DNA from: Candidatus Syntropharchaeum caldarium | GTDB taxonomy: Archaea; Halobacteriota; Syntropharchaeia; Syntropharchaeales; Syntropharchaeaceae | DNA length: 32,000 nucleotides | Direction: 5' to 3' | Assembly: GCA_001766815.1 (NCBI GenBank) | Contig: LYOS01000002.1 | Location: 324,577 to 356,576 of the forward strand | Shown here: one piece after another, positions 16,583 to 24,700 of the stretch | Layout: each line of letters begins with the position of its first letter | How positions within the stretch are numbered: position 1 is the first letter of the stretch | Program-made: the position numbers and the translations under genes | Notes under the pieces: generated by a model | The model's database searches: none | What the model saw: only the letters and a program-made list of their open reading frames with translations | What the model was told of the DNA's origin: nothing

Positions 16583-16966
16583 TCAGACCCTCCTGCCGCG
16601 CTTTCCCCCTTTGGGCTTTGTACCATCGTGCGGAATTGGAGTGACATCTTCGATCCTCCCGATCCTTATACCTGCCCTTGCAAAAGCACGGATTGAAGGC
16701 TGTGCACCAGGTCCAGGGCTGTGTTCTCTGTGCCCACCTGGGGCTCTTACCTTTATATGAATCCCAGTGATACCTTTCTCTTTGATCTCTTCTGCAAGCT
16801 CACCTGCCATCTGCATAGCAGTGTAAGATGAACTCTCATCCCTTGCAGCCTTTACAACCATCCCACCAGAAGACTTCGCGATCACCTCTGCCCCTGTCAG
16901 GTCGGTGATCGTTATGATTGTGTTATTGAAGGATGCATAGATATGTGCAACTGCCCATTTACCCAT
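16583..16966 (-). CDS. rps11: 30S ribosomal protein S11
   Basis: 127 aa: [26 protein letters not shown]...[13 protein letters not shown]. Conserved operon position. Confidence 0.95.
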   Translation of the reverse strand: MGKWAVAHIYASFNNTIITITDLTGAEVIAKSSGGMVVKAARDESSSYTAMQMAGELAEEIKEKGITGIHIKVRAPGGHREHSPGPGAQPSIRAFARAGIRIGRIEDVTPIPHDGTKPKGGKRGRRV

Positions 16967-17535
16967 TAACTCTCACTTCCTTCTACCGGTACCCCAGTTT
17001 CAACCACCTTTGCAGGTCGAACAGGGTGCATCTCGTCGGTGATTGGTGAACCTGGATAGTAATCCAGATTTGACTCCTCACCACGGTTCACCATGTAACC
17101 TGGGATTGTGATACGCCGATCGTTCAATGCAATATGTCCATGCACAATGAATTGCCTCGCCTGTCGCATCGAACTTGCAAGGTTCTTCTGTACCACAAGT
17201 GTCTGCAATCGTCTGTTGAGAAAATCTTCAACCGTGAGTGCCAGGATGTCATCCAGTTCCCCATCTAACTCAAGGACCCCTCGTCGCTTGAGGCTTTCAA
17301 GCAGATTCTCGATCTCTCGTTTTGTACTATCACTAACCATGCCCGATGCCCGCTTTGCGAGTAAGCGTCTTGCCACACGCCTGTACTTTCTGAGTGTACT
17401 CTCTGCTCTCCATAATTCTCGTTTGTTCCGAAGACCATACCGTTTTATGAGGTTTGCATCTTCTTCGAGTTTCTCTTCCTGCCACGGATAACGAGGAGTT
17501 TCATACTGTTTTTTACACTTACCAGGATATCCCAT
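16966..17535 (-). CDS. rps4: 30S ribosomal protein S4 (archaeal S4P / eukaryotic S9 type)
   Basis: 189 aa: [18 protein letters not shown]...[23 protein letters not shown], with an S4 RNA-binding domain ([21 protein letters not shown]). It overlaps the rps11 start by 1 nt. Confidence 0.95.
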   Translation of the reverse strand: MGYPGKCKKQYETPRYPWQEEKLEEDANLIKRYGLRNKRELWRAESTLRKYRRVARRLLAKRASGMVSDSTKREIENLLESLKRRGVLELDGELDDILALTVEDFLNRRLQTLVVQKNLASSMRQARQFIVHGHIALNDRRITIPGYMVNRGEESNLDYYPGSPITDEMHPVRPAKVVETGVPVEGSES

Positions 17536-17550
17536 CAGTTCACCTCAAGC

Positions 17551-18006
17551 TCACTTCTTCTTTCTGCTGACACCAACAATCGATCCTTTTCTACCCGTGG
17601 ACTTTGTGCGCTGACCTCTAACCCTGTGTCCCCGCTCATGCCTGATACCACGATAACATCTTATCATCTTCATAAAGTTGATATCCGATCGCAGTGTCAT
17701 CAGCGAGTCGCTCGAGATCATGTGCTTATCCTCACCTGTGAACGGATCACGCTGGCGGTTCATCATCCACACCGGAAGCGTATCGTTGATTTTTTCCTCT
17801 ACCTGCACCTTAAGTCGTGAGATTGCATCATCTGGAAGATACCCCATCACCGCACCGGGATCGACCTTTGCCGCTTTTGCCACAACCATTGCGGTGCGCC
17901 TTCCGAGACCTCGAATCCCTGTGAGGGCATATTCTACCTTCTGTGTGCCCTGAAGGTCTGTATTTGCGATTCTTACGATGTGTCGTATCTTATCTTTATC
18001 TTCCAT
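17551..18006 (-). CDS. rps13: 30S ribosomal protein S13
   Basis: 151 aa: IVRIANTDLQGTQKVEYALTGIRGLGRRTAMVVAKAAKVDP...YRGIRHERGHRVRGQRTKSTGRKG. Confidence 0.95.
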   Translation of the reverse strand: MEDKDKIRHIVRIANTDLQGTQKVEYALTGIRGLGRRTAMVVAKAAKVDPGAVMGYLPDDAISRLKVQVEEKINDTLPVWMMNRQRDPFTGEDKHMISSDSLMTLRSDINFMKMIRCYRGIRHERGHRVRGQRTKSTGRKGSIVGVSRKKK

Positions 18007-18073
18007 CTATGACCCCTATTGATACAACGTTTATTAAGTCTTACGCCCGCATACCGATCAGTATAATCGCCTG

Positions 18074-19318
18074 ATGAGTGTGATTAAGTTTAAATACAAA
18101 CTCTGTGAAGTAGTTACAGGTATGACGTGGAGCGTATCAACCGCGGCGGTCATAGCAACCATCACACTAATGCTCTCATCCTCTGGCTGTTTTGAGGTGG
18201 CGCCTGCGGATAGAGTTCCAGACAATCATACCAAATCAGAAGCTGTCGCAGGTGCAATGCACCCACCCCATATCTCATTACCTGATTCTTTCAATCTAAC
18301 AGCCAGTACATCCACCATGCTTGATGCCACATCTTATCTCTCCGATACTGACGAGATCGTTGCTTACAGCTGGAATACTGGTGATGGCAGGGTAATCAAT
18401 GAAAGTGTGATCAAACTTTACTATCCCAATCCTGGTACCTACAACCTCACCCTTACCGTAACTGGTAGAAGTGGATATATACTTACGGCATCATCACTCG
18501 TTGAAGTCCACGCTGCAGATGAAGTGGTGAAGACTCCAAACTCCATTAATCCAGCATCCACTCCGATTATCACCCCGACTCCAGTACCGACTGTTGCAAT
18601 CGATCCTGTGATAACCCATATTGAGTTCGACCCACCAGGGCGTGATGGTGATAAACTGAATGAGGAATGGGTTGAGATATTCAATCGGGGTGAGAGTGTC
18701 ATCGATATGGGTGGATGGAAACTCGCTGATCTGGCGAATCACTCTTATATCTTTCATGAGGGTTTCAAACTTGAAGCAGGTGGTAAAGTCAGGATTCATG
18801 TAGGAGAGGGTACAGATAGTGCAACAGACCTATACATGAACAGTACCCGTCCAATCTGGAACAACGATGGGGATACAGCAACACTTTATGATGACAGCGG
18901 TGTGATCCTCGATCAGTATAGCTACATGGTTGAGATAACCTCAACACCAACAGCCACACCCACTCCAGCACCAACCCAGGCTCATCTCGCGGGAGTTCTG
19001 ATATACGAGATCAACTTCAATCCAGAGGGGGATGATCGTGTAAACCTAACTGGTGAGTGGGTTGAAATATTGAACAATGGTTCAGATCCTGTGAATATGG
19101 AGGGGTGGTTGCTCAAAGATGCAAAGAATCACACATATGTCTTTCCAGATGGATTTACTCTTTTCCAGGGTTCAAAAGTCAGAGTTCATGTAGGAGAAGG
19201 CACAGATAGTGCAACAGACCTATACATGAACAGTACCAGTCCAATCTGGAACAACGATGGGGATACGGCAACACTTTTTGATGAGGTCGGAGAGATTGTG
19301 GATCAATATAGCTATTGA
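18074..19318 (+). CDS. Secreted (possibly lipid-anchored) protein: PKD domain plus two lamin-tail domains (LTD) joined by Thr/Pro linkers
   Basis: 414-aa ORF. The likely true start is the ATG at 18122 (MTWSVSTAAVIATITLMLSSSGC, a signal peptide with a lipobox-like SSGC). The PKD-like segment is YSWNTGDG...YNLTLTVTG. Two LTD copies carry EWVEIFN/EWVEILN ... GGWKL/EGWLL ... NNDGDTATLYD/NNDGDTATLFD. Confidence 0.8.
   Translation: MSVIKFKYKLCEVVTGMTWSVSTAAVIATITLMLSSSGCFEVAPADRVPDNHTKSEAVAGAMHPPHISLPDSFNLTASTSTMLDATSYLSDTDEIVAYSWNTGDGRVINESVIKLYYPNPGTYNLTLTVTGRSGYILTASSLVEVHAADEVVKTPNSINPASTPIITPTPVPTVAIDPVITHIEFDPPGRDGDKLNEEWVEIFNRGESVIDMGGWKLADLANHSYIFHEGFKLEAGGKVRIHVGEGTDSATDLYMNSTRPIWNNDGDTATLYDDSGVILDQYSYMVEITSTPTATPTPAPTQAHLAGVLIYEINFNPEGDDRVNLTGEWVEILNNGSDPVNMEGWLLKDAKNHTYVFPDGFTLFQGSKVRVHVGEGTDSATDLYMNSTSPIWNNDGDTATLFDEVGEIVDQYSY
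18786..18894 (+). repeat. Intragenic repeat copy 1 (3' part of LTD-1), about 94% identical to 19176-19284
   Basis: Hand alignment: 7 mismatches in 109 nt, with identical runs of 36 and 28 nt. The 5' halves of the two LTDs are far more diverged. Confidence 0.85.
19176..19284 (+). repeat. Intragenic repeat copy 2 (3' part of LTD-2)
   Basis: See copy 1. Confidence 0.85.
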
Positions 19319-19908
19319 AGATACTCATGTACATCACAGAAAAAGTCCTGAAAGAAGTTGAGGAGAAGTATGGCAAGCCACGGATCATCGAGCTTGCATT
19401 TGAGATGAAAGAGGATGAGTTCAGGATTATGCGCGAGAGCATGCGAAATAACAGGGCACACGACATTACGTTCATTATCGAAAAAGGCGATTTGATCGCT
19501 GTGATCAGGAAATCTTCACACCCACCGGGTGTTTATCGGATACCAAGTGGAGGTGTTGAACTGGGAGAGGATCTTGAAACAGGGCTACAGAGAGAGGCTT
19601 TTGAGGAGACGGGTTTGAAGATTGAGATCCTAAATTACCTGTTGAGGGTTGAAGCATGCTTCACGTTCAATAACTTACACCAGAAGTGGCGATCACACGT
19701 CTTCAGAACAAAGTGGGTATCTGGCAAACTTGCGCCCCATGATCATGAGGAGATCGAGGAGGCACGATGGGTCACACTCGATGAGTTATGTGGTGAGATT
19801 CGTGAAAAGATGCTTGAGAGCGATTCTGGCGGACTCCATTACAGGGTTGCGCTTACCGACGCTGCTGTTGAGGAGCTTCTGAGATCGAGATCTACAGCAT
19901 TCTCCTGA
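19315..19908 (+). CDS. Nudix-family hydrolase
   Basis: 197 aa with the Nudix box GGVELGEDLETGLQREAFEETGL (GX5EX7REUXEEXGU). The track start is TTG at 19315, overlapping the upstream stop. An ATG at 19327 (MYITEK) is plausible. Confidence 0.8.
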   Translation: MKILMYITEKVLKEVEEKYGKPRIIELAFEMKEDEFRIMRESMRNNRAHDITFIIEKGDLIAVIRKSSHPPGVYRIPSGGVELGEDLETGLQREAFEETGLKIEILNYLLRVEACFTFNNLHQKWRSHVFRTKWVSGKLAPHDHEEIEEARWVTLDELCGEIREKMLESDSGGLHYRVALTDAAVEELLRSRSTAFS

Positions 19909-20581
19909 GTTCAGGGTTCTCTTCAAGGAACTTCAGAACCTCCTCCTCATGGATGGCGTCATCACCATGAACCGCTTTTATATGTGCGATGATCCCGACC
20001 TTCCTGACGCCACAGATCGGGCATTCGTGCACCCGCTTCTTCTTACGCTTCACCTCAACCTCTGCCGGTGTCCTGACACCGAACACATCCTGCCATGAGA
20101 ATGCAAACCATATCAAAAACGGTAACGAAGCCCCGACAATTCCGATCGAATCCACAACAACGGTTGCAGGCTTTGAACTCGCAAGAAAAGCCGGGAAATG
20201 AGCAACAAGATCCACAACATGTGAGATAAAAAGCAATGTGAGTCCGACCATTAGCATCCAGATCTTTCGTTCTTTTGAGACAAAAGATGCAAGAACAAGC
20301 GCGATGAAAGGTATGATATTGAAGTTCGCAAGGTGTGCATCGGCAAGTCCGATGAACTTCCCCCTGCAGAGGATACCCACGCCCATCTCTCCGCCGGTTA
20401 CGACCTCTGTTCCGTATCCCATTATCGCAAGCGGGATGCGCGATACATGTGCAACAAGAAGTATGTAAAACTTCCCGATCCAGATCCAGGGTATGAAGGT
20501 CACGGTTGCGACGATGAAAAACCGACCGACAAAACTCAGAAGTTTATCTCTACTCCACATTTTCCCTCCTTTCCACAACAA
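19892..20581 (-). CDS. Polytopic membrane protein with a cytoplasmic C-terminal CxxC...HxxxxH zinc-finger tail; possible degenerate archaeosortase paralog
   Basis: 229 aa with about 5 hydrophobic helices, then KRKKKRVHECPICGVRKVGIIAHIKAVHGDD. The segment SKERKIWMLMVGLTLLFISHVVDLV aligns by eye with NTRSKIIGVVSGIPVLYGFNILRLV of the upstream gene. It overlaps the upstream gene's 3' end by 32 nt (11 nt if the ATG at 20560 is used). Confidence 0.6.
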   Translation of the reverse strand: MLWKGGKMWSRDKLLSFVGRFFIVATVTFIPWIWIGKFYILLVAHVSRIPLAIMGYGTEVVTGGEMGVGILCRGKFIGLADAHLANFNIIPFIALVLASFVSKERKIWMLMVGLTLLFISHVVDLVAHFPAFLASSKPATVVVDSIGIVGASLPFLIWFAFSWQDVFGVRTPAEVEVKRKKKRVHECPICGVRKVGIIAHIKAVHGDDAIHEEEVLKFLEENPELRRML

Positions 20582-21059
20582 CTTTCAGCCAGAGCAGGAA
20601 CGTGATAAGAACAAAGATGATGAACGTCGTCTGCCAGAGGTAGACGTGGACGAAGTCAAACGCACCAGGAAAGTTGACACCAACCAGTGCCAGCACGACG
20701 AGTCTCAATATATTAAAACCATACAGTACAGGGATGCCTGAAACAACGCCTATTATCTTGCTCCTGGTATTTGCAGGATATGCGATTATAGCCGCGATAT
20801 AGACGATGATCGAGAATACAGCTGTGCACTCATCGATGATCTTCAGGTTGAGATCGCACGTTGTAATGACATCCCCACTGACTGTGGTATCCATCCCGAT
20901 AAGTGTGAGGGTCGATCCAAGCAGTATCGCTGTAACAACCCTCATCACCAGAAACTCATCTCTGAAGGTGTAAAATATCCCATAAAGTACTGTCATCACT
21001 ATGACAAAGCTGATGATGAACTTCCCAGGTTCACTCTTAAGCTGTGCCTTTATATCCAC
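20550..21059 (-). CDS. Short exosortase/archaeosortase-family membrane protein (putative)
   Basis: 169 aa with about 5 TM helices. The ordered candidate catalytic residues match the family pattern: Cys in IIDECTAVFSIIVYIAAI (where the family has xCSGxxS), Arg in GFNILRLVVL (the N..R motif), and His in FDFVHVYLW. The call rests on motif order only, not an HMM hit. Confidence 0.5.
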   Translation of the reverse strand: MDIKAQLKSEPGKFIISFVIVMTVLYGIFYTFRDEFLVMRVVTAILLGSTLTLIGMDTTVSGDVITTCDLNLKIIDECTAVFSIIVYIAAIIAYPANTRSKIIGVVSGIPVLYGFNILRLVVLALVGVNFPGAFDFVHVYLWQTTFIIFVLITFLLWLKVVVERRENVE

Positions 21060-21128
21060 ACCTCTCGTTTGCTGCTCATATTATAAAAGAATAAGTTTTT
21101 ATGCAGGGCAGGGCAAATATGGAGATGG

Positions 21129-21866
21129 ATGGGCGTCAGAAAACAGCAGGTTCAGGAACATAAACGGGAGCTTGATCATGTCGTCACAGAGTGGATGAAG
21201 ACTATAGGTATTCCAGAGCCATATTACATTCATATAAGCGATTTAAAGGATGGAGTTTACATATCAAAGCGCTCTCGATGGTTTTACGATGCCAGAAAAG
21301 GTGAATTTGTTCTTGAGATTACAACAAGCAAACTGTGCGAAGATCTGATCACAAATCACCTCAAAGGATGGTGCTCGCCAGAAAAAAAGCTTAAATTAGA
21401 ATGGGCACACTATAAAACACTTGCAGAAGAGTATATACTAAGTTGCAGGTCATTATACAGGCAGATTGAACAGGAGGTTGAAGAAAGTCTTCTCGTGATC
21501 AGAGATGAGGAAAGTTCACTGTTAATTACGGACAACTTCACCCGATTCATCTACCAGAATGCATTTTATCGTACGATGAAGATCTATGGTTTTGAGGAGA
21601 TGAAATACCAGATCAGAGAAGACGGGGATAACGCCGAGCTATGGCTTGGAAATACAGTACTTGCTTCAGGGACAAGAGACGAGATGGTTGTCCTCAATAA
21701 TATACACCATGCACTGATGGCATCATTTGGGCTGTATGCAGACGATGTCAAACGTATCCTTGAAAAGAAACGGGTACTTGACGATCTAAGGATCAGGCTT
21801 GTCTCGTATATGGATGAGTTTCTAAGGAAGAAACGGCTCAAAGGAAGATGTAATTATATCGGTTAA
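21129..21866 (+). CDS. Hypothetical cytoplasmic protein with no family recognised
   Basis: 245-aa ORF with protein-like composition, no TM segment and no motif I recognise. An internal ATG at 21195 (MKTIGIPEPYY) is an alternative start. It is transcribed divergently from the archaeosortase-like pair. Confidence 0.55.
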   Translation: MGVRKQQVQEHKRELDHVVTEWMKTIGIPEPYYIHISDLKDGVYISKRSRWFYDARKGEFVLEITTSKLCEDLITNHLKGWCSPEKKLKLEWAHYKTLAEEYILSCRSLYRQIEQEVEESLLVIRDEESSLLITDNFTRFIYQNAFYRTMKIYGFEEMKYQIREDGDNAELWLGNTVLASGTRDEMVVLNNIHHALMASFGLYADDVKRILEKKRVLDDLRIRLVSYMDEFLRKKRLKGRCNYIG

Positions 21867-21962
21867 CCATGAAATGGAAAAAAGGAAAAGTTTTTATTAT
21901 CATCCTCCCGTTTTTAAATCTGATAATATTCATCTGTACTTATAGTAAGGGACGGGAATACC

Positions 21963-23027
21963 ATGTTGATAGGTGATTATGGAGAGATTAAAACCTTTGA
22001 AGATTTAAAGACTGAGATCATCGATGTAGATCTCTGCGCAGGGTGTGGAACATGTGCTGCCTTCTGTGAAGCTATCGAGATGGATGGGGATACACCGAAG
22101 ATGGTGGGGGACTGTGTGCTCGTTAGAGGTGCATTGAAGTGTGGAACGTGTTATACCGTCTGTCCAAAGCGCTCAAACGGTGATGCAACGATCATCGAAA
22201 AGTTCCTATCCCGTGAGAAGCGGGATGAACTCTTTGGTAACTATGTTGGGGTGTATGCAGTTAAGGCTACAAACCAGGATATAGTAGCAAAGGCACAGGA
22301 TGGCGGTGCAGTATCTGCGATAATTCACCATCTGCTTTCAACGGGTGCGATTGACTGTGGTGTAATCTCACAACGTGACGAGAAGTGGCGCGCATCCCCG
22401 CTTGTGGTAACAGCGCCCGAGGATGTTACAAAAGGTAGTGGGACACGATATGCAGTCTCGCCCAATGTCGAGATGCTTGGTGAGGTGATAAAGGATGAAA
22501 AACTGCGCGTTGCAATTGTTGGAACGCCCTGCCAGGTCAAAGGCGTTAGAAACCTCCAGTCCAAACTGCTTGAGGTAATCGAAGATATCGAGATCTTGAA
22601 TATCGGGTTGTTTTGCACTGAAAACTTCAGATATGACAGTTTCATCGAGTACATGACCCCCAGGCTTGAAGAAGGGGGACTCAGGATCGAAGACGTGACA
22701 AAGACCGAGATCACAAAGGGCAAGTTCTTCTTCAGAAGTCCGAAGGGTGATGTGAGTCTTAAGATCGCAGAACTTGAACCTATAATTCCGACCAACTGTA
22801 GAAATTGTATCGATTTCTCAGCAGAGCTTGCAGATATTTCTGTTGGGTCGGTAGGTGCACCAAATGGGTGGTCAACTGTTATCACACGCAACAGTAGATC
22901 GGATGAAATCGTCAAGAAGATGATTGAAGAGGGGTTGTTCGAGGTGCAGGATGTGAACATCAAGATCGTACACATGCTCTGTAAAAACAAGCGGAAGCGG
23001 CTTGAGAAGGAGGAGGCGGGTGAATAA
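21963..23027 (+). CDS. FrhB/FdhB-family F420-interacting flavo-iron-sulfur protein with an N-terminal 2x[4Fe-4S] ferredoxin domain
   Basis: 354 aa. CAGCGTCAAFC and CGTCYTVCP motifs. It then shows FrhB-type sequence: GNYVGVYAVKATNQDIVAKAQDGGAVSAII...GSGTRYAVSP...VAIVGTPCQVKGVRNL...IGLFCTENF. Confidence 0.8.
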   Translation: MLIGDYGEIKTFEDLKTEIIDVDLCAGCGTCAAFCEAIEMDGDTPKMVGDCVLVRGALKCGTCYTVCPKRSNGDATIIEKFLSREKRDELFGNYVGVYAVKATNQDIVAKAQDGGAVSAIIHHLLSTGAIDCGVISQRDEKWRASPLVVTAPEDVTKGSGTRYAVSPNVEMLGEVIKDEKLRVAIVGTPCQVKGVRNLQSKLLEVIEDIEILNIGLFCTENFRYDSFIEYMTPRLEEGGLRIEDVTKTEITKGKFFFRSPKGDVSLKIAELEPIIPTNCRNCIDFSAELADISVGSVGAPNGWSTVITRNSRSDEIVKKMIEEGLFEVQDVNIKIVHMLCKNKRKRLEKEEAGE

Positions 23028-24700
23028 TGAACGGTGAGAAAGCAGTTGTGTACAACTGTTACTGTGCACTCTCAGAGGTCGAGTTTGAAGAGATGAGGGA
23101 TGATCTGGAAGCGATAGATGGTGTTGAACTGGTGCTGGATGGTTATGATCTCTGCTCTGAATCAGGGCAGAATGATTTGATAAACGAGATCAGTGCCAGA
23201 AATATAAAAAAACTTCTTTTGATCTGCAGTGCTGCTTCGATGCCTGAGCAGACGTTCAATCGGGTTCAGAACGAGACAGGGGTGCGTCCGATTCCGATAA
23301 TAGCAGATGAGAAGGGAACGCTTATTGAAGAAGTAAAGAACGCAATTCAAAATCCGCCTGAGGCAGCAACTATTGAGGATGTTGTACCTGCGGCACTCGT
23401 GATAGGAGGTGGAATTGCCGGGATTCAGGCAGCCCTTGATATCGCAGATGCAGGCTTTAAGGTTTATCTTGTGGAGCGAGAACCTTCTGTCGGTGGACAC
23501 ATGTCCCAGCTTGATAAAACCTTCCCAACACTGGATTGTTCAGCCTGTATCCTGACACCGAAGATGGTTGATGTGGGGAGACATCCGAATATTGATCTCA
23601 TGACCTATTCCGAGGTTATTAAGACCGAAGGATCTGCAGGCCACTTCAAGGTCAGGGTTCGAAAGAAACCAAGATACGTAGATATTAATAAGTGCACGGG
23701 ATGCGGTCTCTGTGCCGATGCGTGCCGTCTTAAAGGCAAGATACCCAATTCTTTTGATGTTGATATGGGAAAAAGAGGCGCCATTTATGTTCCATTCCCA
23801 CAGGCAGTACCTCTGAAATATACAATTGATGCATCAAGATGTCTTTTCTTATCAAAGGGTAAGTGTGGTAAAGCACCATCCTGTCTGGAAGCCTGCGAGC
23901 GGGATGCAATAGATTTCGAGCAGAAAGAGGAGATTGTTGAACTGGATGTAGGTGCGATCGTGGTTGCAACTGGATATGATCAGTTTGATGCAACGCTCAA
24001 GCCCGAGTATGGTTATGGTGATTACGATAACGTAATATCAGGCCTGGAGTTCGAGCGGCTCTGCTCTGCCTCTGGACCAACAGCAGGCAACGTTGTGATC
24101 AATGGTAAGACACCCACCAGCGTTGTATTCATTCAGTGCGTTGGATCGAGGGATAAAAACCAGAACCCATACTGCTCAAGGGTCTGCTGCATGTACGCTG
24201 CAAAACAGGCGCACCTTGTCCATGAGAAGATCCCTGGCGCATCGATCATGATCTGTTATATGGATGTCAGGGCATTTGGAAAAGGATATGAAGAGTTCTA
24301 CGAGCGTGTTCAGCGAGATAATGTCCTGTATGTGCGAGGAAATCCATCTGAGGTCTACAGGAAAGGAGATATGCTCATAGTGCGTGGAGAGGATACGCTT
24401 ACAGGCGAGGCATACGAGAAAGAAGCAGACCTCGTGGTGCTTGCAACCGGGATCACGCCAAGAGCGGATGCAGATCGTATGGCAGAGATTCTTGGTATAG
24501 AACGCGACAAGGAAGGTTTCTTCTCAGTTGCAGATCCTCAGCACTCGATCGAGTCATTGCGGGAAGGGATCTTTTTAGCGGGTTGCTGCCAGTCACCGAA
24601 GGATATACCTGATACGGTAGCTCATGCCTCAGGTGCTGCTGCAAAGGCCGCGATTTTGCTTTCCAGATCCAGCAAATACAAAGAGGAGGTTGTAGCATGA
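23027..24700 (+). CDS. hdrA: HdrA-like flavoprotein, truncated form (no C-terminal ferredoxin domain, divergent N-terminal domain)
   Basis: 557 aa. FAD-binding VIGGGIAGIQAALDIADAGFKVYLVEREPSVGGHM. TLDCSACILTPKM. Inserted ferredoxin domain (CTGCGLCADAC, CLEACERDAI). IQCVGSRD...YCSRVCCMY and FLAGCCQSPKDI. It ends shortly after the TrxR-like fold. Its start overlaps the frhB-like stop (TAATG). Confidence 0.85.
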   Translation: MNGEKAVVYNCYCALSEVEFEEMRDDLEAIDGVELVLDGYDLCSESGQNDLINEISARNIKKLLLICSAASMPEQTFNRVQNETGVRPIPIIADEKGTLIEEVKNAIQNPPEAATIEDVVPAALVIGGGIAGIQAALDIADAGFKVYLVEREPSVGGHMSQLDKTFPTLDCSACILTPKMVDVGRHPNIDLMTYSEVIKTEGSAGHFKVRVRKKPRYVDINKCTGCGLCADACRLKGKIPNSFDVDMGKRGAIYVPFPQAVPLKYTIDASRCLFLSKGKCGKAPSCLEACERDAIDFEQKEEIVELDVGAIVVATGYDQFDATLKPEYGYGDYDNVISGLEFERLCSASGPTAGNVVINGKTPTSVVFIQCVGSRDKNQNPYCSRVCCMYAAKQAHLVHEKIPGASIMICYMDVRAFGKGYEEFYERVQRDNVLYVRGNPSEVYRKGDMLIVRGEDTLTGEAYEKEADLVVLATGITPRADADRMAEILGIERDKEGFFSVADPQHSIESLREGIFLAGCCQSPKDIPDTVAHASGAAAKAAILLSRSSKYKEEVVA

